From assembly GCF_003019035.1 (NCBI RefSeq), contig NZ_CP027447.1: a stretch of 64,000 nucleotides of DNA; one strand, written 5' to 3'. The notes under the pieces were generated by a model, which saw only the letters and a program-made list of their open reading frames with translations, was not told the DNA's origin and made no database searches. A program made the position numbers and the translations under genes. Shown here piece by piece: positions 34,036 through 43,637 of this stretch. Position 1 is the stretch's first letter. Every line of letters starts with the position of its first letter. Source of the stretch: Escherichia coli. Lineage in GTDB: Bacteria; Pseudomonadota; Gammaproteobacteria; Enterobacterales; Enterobacteriaceae.

Positions 34036-36798
34036 CTATATAAAAGCAATTTCTTTACTAAATCCTTTTTTAATAATTTTACAATTTTTCAAGTAATCAT
34101 CGTCTTCGATCCTCCATGTATGAGAATTCGTATTTCCATAACGCATTTGAATAAAGTTATATTTATCTGATGAGTAAATAATGAAGCCATTTTTCTTGCA
34201 TTCTTTGAGGAAATTAGTGTCTTCACCACGGTTTATGCATTCAAACTTAATTTTTTCAAAAACCTCTTTTCTAATTACTAAACTTCCTCCTGAAATGAAA
34301 TCAGAATAACGATTATCTTTTCCTGGTTGCTTAACTGCCATGATGTCTTTAGATTCTACATAGCAAAAATAAGAATCTTTGCCTACAATGTCGGCACCAC
34401 TAAATTTAAAAGCTTGCAAAGCGTCTAATAAATAGTTATCACCATAAAAATCATCATCATCCATCTTGGCAAGATAATCTCCTGAGGCATGAGTAACACC
34501 ATAATTAAGACACTCACCAAGAGTTATATCCTGTGGTAACTGATATACTTTAACATTAGGCATTCCATTTATCTTGTTTTTAACCACATTTATATCAAAA
34601 CTATCATTATTTAATATAAGTAATAACTCTTTATTCACGTGAGATTGTCGATGATAATTATCAAGCATCATATCAATATTATTGGGACGATTAGTACACA
34701 TAATTATTGATACTTTATCATCTTGAATGACCTTATTTTTAACTCCTATAGTCTTTAGAATCTGCTCAAAACGTTGTTGATACGAATGATACCGAATACA
34801 ATGACGAGCGGCCAAATGTCCTAAACGTTCACGTTCAATATCAGACTCAAGCAACCGTTGAACAATAGTTTTCGCTTCGAGTTTGTCTTTAACAATATGT
34901 ACATGTTCACCAAGCATAGCTTTCATACCATCAGAATGAGTTGATACAACTGGTGTACCGCAAGCCAAAATTTCGAAAACCCGACGGGAGAACATAGTTG
35001 GTGAGTCCTGAACAGTGTTGATATTCAGGAATAGCTTGTATTGTCTATAAGCAGTGAGCATCTGTTCATAGTCAAGTGAACCAACTATAAATGGTTGGTA
35101 TTTTTCAGGAAAGATTCGTGATTCTCTATGTTTGGTTGCATGCAGCATTCGGTCGTATATATGCAATTCACGATGTGCTGTTCCATCAAGGACAATTTCT
35201 GTTTGTGCTCGACGAGTATCATGTCCATTATTATACCAACTACCGGCAAAACATACTTCGTAAACTGGAAGTTTTTTATTCTTATCACGAATTGGGTTGT
35301 GGATAGCTGGTTGTGCCGCAAAAGGAAGTGCGTATACTCTATTATGTCCAACACGAGACTTGTATTTTTCTAAGATATTCCCATCAGTTGTGAATATATA
35401 GTCACAATCAGCTGCAACATCAATAAAGACTTCGTAGTTGGTTGGATCCTCCTTATTCCAAAATACTACAGGAATATTCTTGGATTGACAGTATTTGATA
35501 ACTTTGCGAAGTGGATCACCCAAATGTTTTTTATAACTCACCATGGTATATGTCCACTCACCATTATTACCATTCCAAGCTGATTCAAGAAATAACATTA
35601 CTGGGTGTGATTCGTCGATCTCTGATTTCCAATTTTGCTTGGTTAACGGAATAAAGTTTGCCTCATAGCGAAAGCATTCATAAGTAAACTTATCACAGAT
35701 CGTTACAACATTGATATGCTGATTTCGCAAGTGTGCATGTGATTCAAAGACAGGCCAACTAATCTCATTATCATGTTTTACCTCATTATAAACACCAACA
35801 CTTTCAAGCAATTGCTTCTTGACACGACAGTTAAGAGGGGGGTGATCAAATTTGCCTTTACGCTTAGCCGCACGAATCTTTATTAGCTTTTGAGGCAAGG
35901 AAAGAAAACCTTTCAGGCTGCTACGTTTAGTCTCTACCATAGTTTTGCCTAAACGATAGTATAAAGACCTTTCTAGTTTCTGCTTCTCGTAGAGAGCTGT
36001 AGCAAGCTTGTCTTTAAGCTCGTCAATTTTTTGCTTTTGTATTTGTGGTGATTCTGGTAATGAGAGAATTCGCGTCTCGAAAGCTTTTGTCAGCGTTTTT
36101 GCTTTCACTTCAAAGTGTCGTATAATTTCCTCATGGCTTTGGCAATTATCAAGCCTTATTGCATTCACGGGTAAAGTTTCTTCAATGTAGAGTTTAATAG
36201 GTTCAATACGAAGTGAACCTTGCCCTTTAAAACGTAATGCCATACTAAAGTAACGCGCATCAGGCATTGTATCGAATTCAATATGATTAATACCGTTATA
36301 AATAAGTTGATATTTGTGAGTAATTCTTTTATTTTCATCATACTGGATAATAAAAATTGCACATTCAGGTCGATTCTCTCCATATGATGTATTTAATACT
36401 AATCGATACTTGAATCCACCATTGATACGCCAGGAGTTTTTGTCCAATGGCAACCCATTAATATTCATACTGCCAGTTTGTAAATAAAAAGAGTCTCCAT
36501 TTATCAAATCCATTTCTACAAACAAACTTCCATCTGACTCTATATGCAAATGCTTATTACGACTATTATCAGCAGGTAATAACCATTCGGTCGATGATTC
36601 TATATTAGAAAGACCATTGAAAGGTAAAAACGGATAGTTTTGCTCTTTCCATTCTATTTTATTGGCCTTACGTGATAATAGACGAAAAAGTTTTTCGAAA
36701 TGACTATCATAGATTGAAAATGCCACCTGAAGTTGGTTAATTTCATCCCCAGTGTGTAATTTATTTTTTACTTTTTTCTTAGTAAGACGATTTGACAT
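34036..36798 (-). CDS. Large three-domain putative capsule polymerase: N-terminal unknown domain, central CgeB-like (GT1-fold) domain, C-terminal GT2 domain
   Basis: 920-aa ORF; central region paralogous to the 329-aa ORF at 39371..40360 (shared ...VFWNKEDP...FAAQP...SRRVFE...G.P... pattern); C-terminus has GT2 hallmarks (VSIIMCTNRP, DDDDF). Confidence 0.6.
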   Translation of the reverse strand: MSNRLTKKKVKNKLHTGDEINQLQVAFSIYDSHFEKLFRLLSRKANKIEWKEQNYPFLPFNGLSNIESSTEWLLPADNSRNKHLHIESDGSLFVEMDLINGDSFYLQTGSMNINGLPLDKNSWRINGGFKYRLVLNTSYGENRPECAIFIIQYDENKRITHKYQLIYNGINHIEFDTMPDARYFSMALRFKGQGSLRIEPIKLYIEETLPVNAIRLDNCQSHEEIIRHFEVKAKTLTKAFETRILSLPESPQIQKQKIDELKDKLATALYEKQKLERSLYYRLGKTMVETKRSSLKGFLSLPQKLIKIRAAKRKGKFDHPPLNCRVKKQLLESVGVYNEVKHDNEISWPVFESHAHLRNQHINVVTICDKFTYECFRYEANFIPLTKQNWKSEIDESHPVMLFLESAWNGNNGEWTYTMVSYKKHLGDPLRKVIKYCQSKNIPVVFWNKEDPTNYEVFIDVAADCDYIFTTDGNILEKYKSRVGHNRVYALPFAAQPAIHNPIRDKNKKLPVYEVCFAGSWYNNGHDTRRAQTEIVLDGTAHRELHIYDRMLHATKHRESRIFPEKYQPFIVGSLDYEQMLTAYRQYKLFLNINTVQDSPTMFSRRVFEILACGTPVVSTHSDGMKAMLGEHVHIVKDKLEAKTIVQRLLESDIERERLGHLAARHCIRYHSYQQRFEQILKTIGVKNKVIQDDKVSIIMCTNRPNNIDMMLDNYHRQSHVNKELLLILNNDSFDINVVKNKINGMPNVKVYQLPQDITLGECLNYGVTHASGDYLAKMDDDDFYGDNYLLDALQAFKFSGADIVGKDSYFCYVESKDIMAVKQPGKDNRYSDFISGGSLVIRKEVFEKIKFECINRGEDTNFLKECKKNGFIIYSSDKYNFIQMRYGNTNSHTWRIEDDDYLKNCKIIKKGFSKEIAFI

Positions 36799-36849
36799 AT
36801 CTATATTCTTTCAATTAAAAAAGTGTTTTCCAGACCAAAATAATATATA

Positions 36850-38103
36850 TTAATTGGCAGCATTTACAAAATCTAGTATTGTAGCGGTTGTATACTTTTT
36901 ATTAATAAGACCTTTAAATTCTTTATGCTTAACTAAAACTAGAACAATATCTGCTTGTTCCAGTGCCTCAGAGAGAGAAACCAATTTAACGTTATTACGT
37001 CCTTTTAAAGCTGATGGCAAATCATCAATATTAGGTTCAACTACTAAAAGCCGATTAGCAGGGTTATCTGCTAATCTTTTGGTAATTTCTAATGCAGGGC
37101 TTTCTCGTAGGTCATCAATATCCGGTTTAAATGCCAATCCCAAACAAGCGATCTTTGGGTTTCTTAGGCCGACAACAACTTGGCTAATTTTTTCAATCAC
37201 ATATTGAGGTTTATAATCGTTGACTAAGCGGGCCTGGTGAATTAACTTTGCAAGTTCTGGATTTTGGTTAACTATAAACCAAGGGTCAACTGCTATGCAA
37301 TGACCGCCAACACCACAGCCAGGCTGAAGAATATTAACTCGCGGATGCCGATTAGCCAATGAAATTAACTCCCATACATTTATACCTTGTTTATCGCAGA
37401 TTAGTGACAGTTCATTTGCAAAAGCAATGTTCACATCCCGAAAAGCATTTTCCGTTAACTTACTCATCTCAGCGGTACGCGCATTAGTGGCAATACATTC
37501 ACCTTTTTTAACGAAAAGTTTGTATAATTCAATTGCTGAAGTTGTACTGTGCTCATCCAGTCCCCCAATGATCCGGTCATTTTCAACTAATTCACGTATA
37601 ACTTGTCCTGGTAACACTCGCTCGGGGCAATGCGCAATGCAAATATCAGCCTTCAATCCATTTTTCATCTGATGAGGAAATGTTAAATCTGGACGCTCTT
37701 CTGCTAACCATTTAGCCATTTGCTCAGTAGCACCAACAGGCGAAGTGGACTCTAAAACAACCAGATTACCCTTTTCAAGTAGTGGCGCTAATGCACGTGA
37801 AGCTGATTCAATATATTTTAAATCAGCCTCAAAGTTCTTTCCTTTAAACGGTGTCGGTACAGCCATGAGGAATGCATCAGCTTTTTGCGGTTCTGTAAAG
37901 GCTTTCAAATATCCTTGGCTAACAGCAGACTTCACTAACTCCTGCAGTCCTGGCTCAACAATATGAATATTCCCTTGATTAATTGTATCTACAGCGTACT
38001 TGTTGATATCTACACCAACAACGTGAATATTGTTGCTAGCAATCACTGCTGCAGTAGGTAAACCAATATACCCTAAACCAATAACAGAAATACGTTTAAA
38101 CAT
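36850..38103 (-). CDS. UDP-N-acetyl-D-mannosamine dehydrogenase (WecC/Cap5O-like)
   Basis: 417-aa ORF with N-terminal Rossmann motif GLGYIGLPTA and UDP-sugar dehydrogenase catalytic Cys region. Confidence 0.75.
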   Translation of the reverse strand: MFKRISVIGLGYIGLPTAAVIASNNIHVVGVDINKYAVDTINQGNIHIVEPGLQELVKSAVSQGYLKAFTEPQKADAFLMAVPTPFKGKNFEADLKYIESASRALAPLLEKGNLVVLESTSPVGATEQMAKWLAEERPDLTFPHQMKNGLKADICIAHCPERVLPGQVIRELVENDRIIGGLDEHSTTSAIELYKLFVKKGECIATNARTAEMSKLTENAFRDVNIAFANELSLICDKQGINVWELISLANRHPRVNILQPGCGVGGHCIAVDPWFIVNQNPELAKLIHQARLVNDYKPQYVIEKISQVVVGLRNPKIACLGLAFKPDIDDLRESPALEITKRLADNPANRLLVVEPNIDDLPSALKGRNNVKLVSLSEALEQADIVLVLVKHKEFKGLINKKYTTATILDFVNAAN

Positions 38104-38185
38104 AATATTGAATCACTCTCTTGGACTAATTTTAATTAACATTAGTATAGATAAAAAAAGCTGTAATAATTTGCTGTTAGTTTAT

Positions 38186-39331
38186 TTATTCCAGTTGATA
38201 TCTAAAACCTAAAACAGCATCTACAATTCGCTGACTTGTTTTGCCATCACCATAAGGATTATTTGCATGACTCATTGACTGATATGTGACATCATCATCT
38301 AATAGACGAATAGTTTCACTCACGATTTCCTTATCACAAGTGCCTACTAAACGCACTGTTCCTGCTTTAACCGCAGCAGGCCGTTCAGTTGTATCACGCA
38401 TACATAGAACTGGCTTTCCTAATGACGGAGCTTCTTCTTGAATCCCGCCAGAATCTGTTAATATCAGATAACATTGCTTCATTAGATATACAAATGGTAA
38501 ATAATCCTGAGGTTCAATTAGATAAATATTTTCTAATTTTTGCAAATTTCTTTTCACTGGTTGTTGCACATTTGGATTCAAATGTACTGGGTAAATGATT
38601 TGAACGTCATCTCGTTGAGACAATTTAGCTAAAGCATTGCAAATTCGTTCAATTCCTTCTCCATGATTTTCTCTGCGGTGTAAGGTGACAAGGATCATTT
38701 TTTTATTTTTATCGATAAAATCAAATTGAGACTCCAACTGTTTTCTTAATATGGAGTTTTGTTCAATTTTGTTTGATACAGACACCAAAGCATCAATAAC
38801 TGAATTCCCTGTTAAAAAAATATTTTCTGGTGGAATATTTTCCATTATAAGATTTTTCAATGCACCAGCAGTCGGAGCATAGTGTTGGTCAGCAATTCCT
38901 CCCGTTAGTCGACGCATACCTTCTTCAGGCCATGGAGAATAAATATTTCCTGTGCGTAGACCGGCTTCAACATGGCCTACAGCAATATGATGATAATAAG
39001 CAGCTAATGTTGCTGCGAATGAAGTTGCTGTATCTCCATGGACAAGGATACGATTTGGTGTAAATTTAGAAAATACCGTTTTTAACCCTTGTAAGATAGC
39101 TGTTGTTACATCGGTTAAATCTTGACCAGGCCTCATAATATTGAGATCATAGTCAGGCTTAATCTCAAATAATTTTAACACTTGATCCAACATCTCACGA
39201 TGCTGTCCAGTTACACATACTCGCGCGTCTATTAGATTATTATTTTCAAATGCCTTAACAATAGGGGCCATTTTTATAGCCTCTGGTCTAGTACCAAATA
39301 TTATAAGTATTTTTTGCTGTATCATTTTCAT
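38186..39331 (-). CDS. UDP-N-acetylglucosamine 2-epimerase, non-hydrolysing (WecB-like)
   Basis: 381-aa [28 protein letters not shown]...; strong family resemblance. Confidence 0.8.
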   Translation of the reverse strand: MKMIQQKILIIFGTRPEAIKMAPIVKAFENNNLIDARVCVTGQHREMLDQVLKLFEIKPDYDLNIMRPGQDLTDVTTAILQGLKTVFSKFTPNRILVHGDTATSFAATLAAYYHHIAVGHVEAGLRTGNIYSPWPEEGMRRLTGGIADQHYAPTAGALKNLIMENIPPENIFLTGNSVIDALVSVSNKIEQNSILRKQLESQFDFIDKNKKMILVTLHRRENHGEGIERICNALAKLSQRDDVQIIYPVHLNPNVQQPVKRNLQKLENIYLIEPQDYLPFVYLMKQCYLILTDSGGIQEEAPSLGKPVLCMRDTTERPAAVKAGTVRLVGTCDKEIVSETIRLLDDDVTYQSMSHANNPYGDGKTSQRIVDAVLGFRYQLE

Positions 39332-39370
39332 CCTTCTTTAACATTAAAGAATAAACATTACATTTTTTAA

Positions 39371-40360
39371 CTAATAAAGTTCAAAATCCCGATTCATCTG
39401 CTGAAGGCGATGATGCCAGGTATGTTGAGATAATACAATTTCTTTTGCGCGTTCCCCCAAGACAGTTCTTTTATTTATGTCTTTTTGCAATTCCAAACAC
39501 CATTCTCGCGCGGATTGACCATTCGCAATTGAAATAATACTATCCTCAAATATACGATTCATAGCTATTGATGGACTGCTGATTATAGAACACCCTGAAG
39601 CACCTAATTCAAAAACCCTCCGTGAAAGCATTGTTGTAGATTTTCTAATTGTATTAAAATTTAGATAGATTTGATATTGAGTGTATGCCTGTGCAACTAA
39701 ATTTAAAGGAATTGATGGTCGACAATATACATGTAAATCATTTGGATAACTACAGTTATTTTTTTTATTCCAAAATCGATCATAAATAACCAACCCACAT
39801 CTTGAAAGTGAGTGTAGAACATCATATTGCATTTGGCTCCTTTCACTAAACTGATTACCATAGTAGCCACCAAAAAATGCAACACCATATTTCCGCTTTA
39901 CTTGAGGAACAGACTTATACCAATGAGGTTGCGCTGCAAACATCAGTACACCTACTGACTGGCACCTGTGGTCTAGTAATGAGTCATATCGATTAATTGA
40001 ATCCGCGTCTGTTGTATATATTATATCAAAAAAAGAAGCTGAATCAGAAAACCTTTCAAAATGGAATGGATCTTCTTTATTCCAAAATACAGTTTTTATT
40101 TTTTTTCTTTTGCAATATTCAACTATTTTCTTTAATTCATTGTTATTATCTGGTTTGTTTTCATAACTTGCTATTTTACCTTGCCAGCTATTCCTATATC
40201 CTCTCCAAGCAGATTCAACAAACAAAAAATCAGGTTTAAACAAGCGTAATTTCCAACGCCAATCAAAGGGAGTTAAAGGCAAAATATCTGCATCTGGAGC
40301 CAAACCATATGTCGTAAACTCATCTGCGATTAATGCAATACAAGGTTTTTTTTTCTTCAA
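39371..40360 (-). CDS. CgeB-like glycosyltransferase-fold protein
   Basis: 329-aa ORF paralogous to the central domain of the 920-aa protein; apparent TTG start followed by an A9 tract. Confidence 0.5.
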   Translation of the reverse strand: MKKKKPCIALIADEFTTYGLAPDADILPLTPFDWRWKLRLFKPDFLFVESAWRGYRNSWQGKIASYENKPDNNNELKKIVEYCKRKKIKTVFWNKEDPFHFERFSDSASFFDIIYTTDADSINRYDSLLDHRCQSVGVLMFAAQPHWYKSVPQVKRKYGVAFFGGYYGNQFSERSQMQYDVLHSLSRCGLVIYDRFWNKKNNCSYPNDLHVYCRPSIPLNLVAQAYTQYQIYLNFNTIRKSTTMLSRRVFELGASGCSIISSPSIAMNRIFEDSIISIANGQSAREWCLELQKDINKRTVLGERAKEIVLSQHTWHHRLQQMNRDFELY

Positions 40361-40729
40361 AATAATTCCCGCTGAATATTATTGAGTTCATACTAACAAA
40401 GAATCATTGATTGAATTTAAAGCATGTTATAAATACACTTTGACATGATTGCATCCAAAGCATCATAATTAAATAAATGTATTATTTTCCAACAAGGTCA
40501 TCTTATATAGATTATTATATATAAATGAGTGATATGGAATTATATTGGAACGAACAGAATGCGACTTAAAACATAACGCATTTGAGCATTAATAAAAATA
40601 TTACTTATTATAACATTAAAAAATACTTTCTTATGCCGTGCCATTATCTTTTAACTAGCACAGTTTTTATTATATTAATATTATTAATATAATAAAATCT
40701 AAACCGTTATTTATTTTATTCACAACAAC

Positions 40730-41728
40730 TTATATACCTAAAATATATTTAACCTTCCTGTACATTGTATCATAACGATCTACATGGCCAGGTTTATTAT
40801 CAAAGTATATGCTATAATCTCGAATATCATCCCCCCTATCAATACATCGTTGTATAAATGATAAAAGCAATGTTGTGTCGTAATGGCATTCATCACTAAT
40901 GGCGTTTTTATATTTATCTCTAAAAATACGATAATTCTCTTCTCTTGCACTATAATAACTATCATTGTGCTTTTTGTCATGATATAAATGAAGAGCTAAA
41001 TCTTTCTGAAGCAATATATCTAAACAATACTCTCCCAAATATTTTCTGAACCCAGTAGTAAATAACGGAGAATGACATGGTTTATCTATCAAAAAATCAG
41101 ATTTTAGTTTTGACAAAAAGTGATGGTTATATAAACGTATCAAAAAATCAAAATCTTCATACCCATGACCTTGAAAGCTTTCATCAAACCCATGTATTTT
41201 TTTATAGCTTTCTGACTTCAAAATTGTAATAGAGGAGGGACTTGCTAAATGTAAAAACTCTTTTCTTGAAAAATCAAAATATCTTTTTTTTAATAACTCT
41301 ACTGATATCTTTTTTTTAATTAATATGTGCGTCCCATATTTTGTCAAATATAAACACGGTAAAATATAGAATGGTTTTACTCCTTTTTGTATTTTATTTT
41401 TATATTTTTCGAATAAAACAACATCAGGATATATATCCACATCAAGCAATATGATAAATTCAGTATCAACTAATTTGAATGCAAAATTTCTTAGCAATGA
41501 AGTATTTATGTATTTATAACTACAATCGTATGAATTGACAATAACATGGTTATATTCACTCAAGGCTTCTATAAATACATGATCGTATTTAGTAAAGCGA
41601 TTTCCGTGACCAAATATAATTTTAAAATTATTTTCCCTAGTTGCTTCGGCAATACTAATTGCTTTCTGAATAATATCTTTAGGTCTGCGTTTTAGGTCTA
41701 TTGGGATTATAGCGGTTAACATTTTCAA
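40730..41728 (-). CDS. Putative GT2-family glycosyltransferase
   Basis: 332-aa ORF with AIIPI...LLDVDIYP and GYEDFDF motifs; extremely AT-rich. Confidence 0.45.
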   Translation of the reverse strand: MKMLTAIIPIDLKRRPKDIIQKAISIAEATRENNFKIIFGHGNRFTKYDHVFIEALSEYNHVIVNSYDCSYKYINTSLLRNFAFKLVDTEFIILLDVDIYPDVVLFEKYKNKIQKGVKPFYILPCLYLTKYGTHILIKKKISVELLKKRYFDFSRKEFLHLASPSSITILKSESYKKIHGFDESFQGHGYEDFDFLIRLYNHHFLSKLKSDFLIDKPCHSPLFTTGFRKYLGEYCLDILLQKDLALHLYHDKKHNDSYYSAREENYRIFRDKYKNAISDECHYDTTLLLSFIQRCIDRGDDIRDYSIYFDNKPGHVDRYDTMYRKVKYILGI

Positions 41729-41822
41729 ACTATTTGTAAGCCATAACAGATGTATGTTACAAAATCCATAGTATTTTCAATTGTGGCATTTCCTTTTTTA
41801 TTAAATTGCAAAGCCACACTAA

Positions 41823-42599
41823 TCATGATGTCAGCATTGCCTCTTCACGCGTTCGGTATAACGCCAGACCGATGAACAGGGTGACCAGAGTGAACATTGC
41901 AAGGTAGTTTAGACTCACGCCTTCGCTGATATAGCCAGGCATAACTGCCTCGCGGCTTAACTCTACGACATGCACTAATGGATTCCAGAGTAGATATGAC
42001 CAGTATTGCTTCGGAATCGAGTGTAGAGGGAACATGATGCAGGAGATGAAATACAGCGGCTTAAGCAGTATCGGCAGGACCTTTTGCATTTCAGGGAAAG
42101 TCTTACCAACGACCATGAATATTAAGCCAACGCCACATGAAAGAATGATTAACAAACTCCAGGTAAGCACAAGTTGTAAAAAGTTTGTTATTTCGAAATA
42201 TTCGCCTGCCATCCAGACAATAAGCATAAGCAATATATAAACAGCAACATAAATCAGTGTCTCAAGCAATGCACGCGCAATGATCGTATCGATGGGTTTT
42301 ACTGGTCGATAATTAAACAGCCCCTGATTCGCTTCAATAGCACCTACAGAACGATTGCTGATACTGCTAAAGATAAAAAAGGGAATCAGGCCATTAAGTA
42401 AAAACACCGGGAATGAGATGTCTGGCATCGTGCGGTGCATAATGTAACCAAAAATGCCCAACAGTATCAGCAAATGCGCAGAGGGTTCGAGAATCGCCCA
42501 CAGATATCCCAGACGGAACTTACCAAAGCGTGTTCGTATTTCTCGTAGAAATAATGCCTCTACGGTGACTTTCTGGACTTCAAATCCACTTCTTGCCAT
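41823..42599 (-). CDS. kpsM: Capsule ABC exporter permease
   Basis: ORF 41823..42659; start MARSGFEVQKVTVEALFLREIRTRFGK; ABC-2 permease. Confidence 0.85.
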   Translation of the reverse strand: MARSGFEVQKVTVEALFLREIRTRFGKFRLGYLWAILEPSAHLLILLGIFGYIMHRTMPDISFPVFLLNGLIPFFIFSSISNRSVGAIEANQGLFNYRPVKPIDTIIARALLETLIYVAVYILLMLIVWMAGEYFEITNFLQLVLTWSLLIILSCGVGLIFMVVGKTFPEMQKVLPILLKPLYFISCIMFPLHSIPKQYWSYLLWNPLVHVVELSREAVMPGYISEGVSLNYLAMFTLVTLFIGLALYRTREEAMLTS

Positions 42600-42630
42600 T
42601 TGATGATGTGATCCTAATCTCTTCAGGTAC

Positions 42631-42642
42631 GCTACCGCCCTT
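42631..42642 (-). promoter_or_regulatory. ops (operon polarity suppressor) / JUMPstart element for RfaH-dependent antitermination
   Basis: Minus-strand sequence GGCGGTAGCGTA about 30 nt upstream of the kpsM start; matches the ops core GGCGGTAG known upstream of kpsM. Confidence 0.6.
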
Positions 42643-43637
42643 GGCTTAACAGCTACCAATACACTGGAGGTAATGCTTATTTGTAACTGGATAAAATTTA
42701 CTCAGACGGTTTGACCTTTTTAATAGCCGCAAAAAATTTCAGCAGAAATTATTTCCGCAGGGATAAATAGATCTATTTCCGTCTCGTTTCTTCTAATCCA
42801 TTCTTCAGGCATGAATGTATTCGGTCTTCTGGTAATTTCAGAAAACTGGCCGTTTTAGAATGTAGAGTTAATTTCTCAGGAAATTATTTTTTGTTCTTAC
42901 TGTTAACTACTTGATTATAATACCCCATATGGATTTTATGCGTAACAATACCTGCAATCTGTTTCAAACCAGAACGCATGCGATTGATTACCAATAAATT
43001 GTTTAGCGAGAAACTATTTCCCTATTTAAAATTCACTCATGTACTTCTTATTTATATCTACAGCACCCTCTTTACAGTCACATTTGTGATTTACATCACA
43101 TTTAAACGGTGTTATTTAAGCCCCATTAATAATTCCGTGAGTAATTATTTTCGTCAATTAAAATATACATCTTGATTATTTTGTGCGTTTATTTTAACCA
43201 GCGTTACAGCCAGCATTATCCCTCAGTAGATATACCTGAGCAGACATTTCTTAAAATCGACGAATAGTTTCCCTGGAAATTATTATGCTTATTTGAAATT
43301 CCCTTTCTGATTATCTCCAGTAATTTTACTAATTTCCAGGCTACACAAAATACAGATCACATAAGAATTATCCTATATGTTTTGACCTATCAATTGTTAC
43401 TCAATGATTTATTACAACTATTAATAATCATAATGTGTCAAAACACTTAAGCATCTTTACAGTCTTAGAAAGGTGTCGATTAACGAAGGCTACATGGTGA
43501 AAAACAGGTTCCTTCAGTGTTACCGAATATTCCGTGGTGGTCTGGAGGGAGATAATTCTTGCTACATCGAAACTCAGCCCGGTGAGCGGGTTTGACAGTT
43601 CCGCACTCACCATTGGGCTAAGGGTTATCAGGTGGGG

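Noticed and set aside
42978-43175. 65-aa ORF in the kpsM leader
   Set aside because: Lies in a region expected to be untranslated promoter and leader; Ile/Phe/Tyr-rich translation reflects AT-rich DNA.
23033-43637. Search for integrase, phage, toxin-antitoxin or restriction-modification genes in the pheV island
   Set aside because: Every ORF of meaningful length in the island is assignable to capsule export or biosynthesis; the only mobility-related sequence is the truncated IS110-like fragment.
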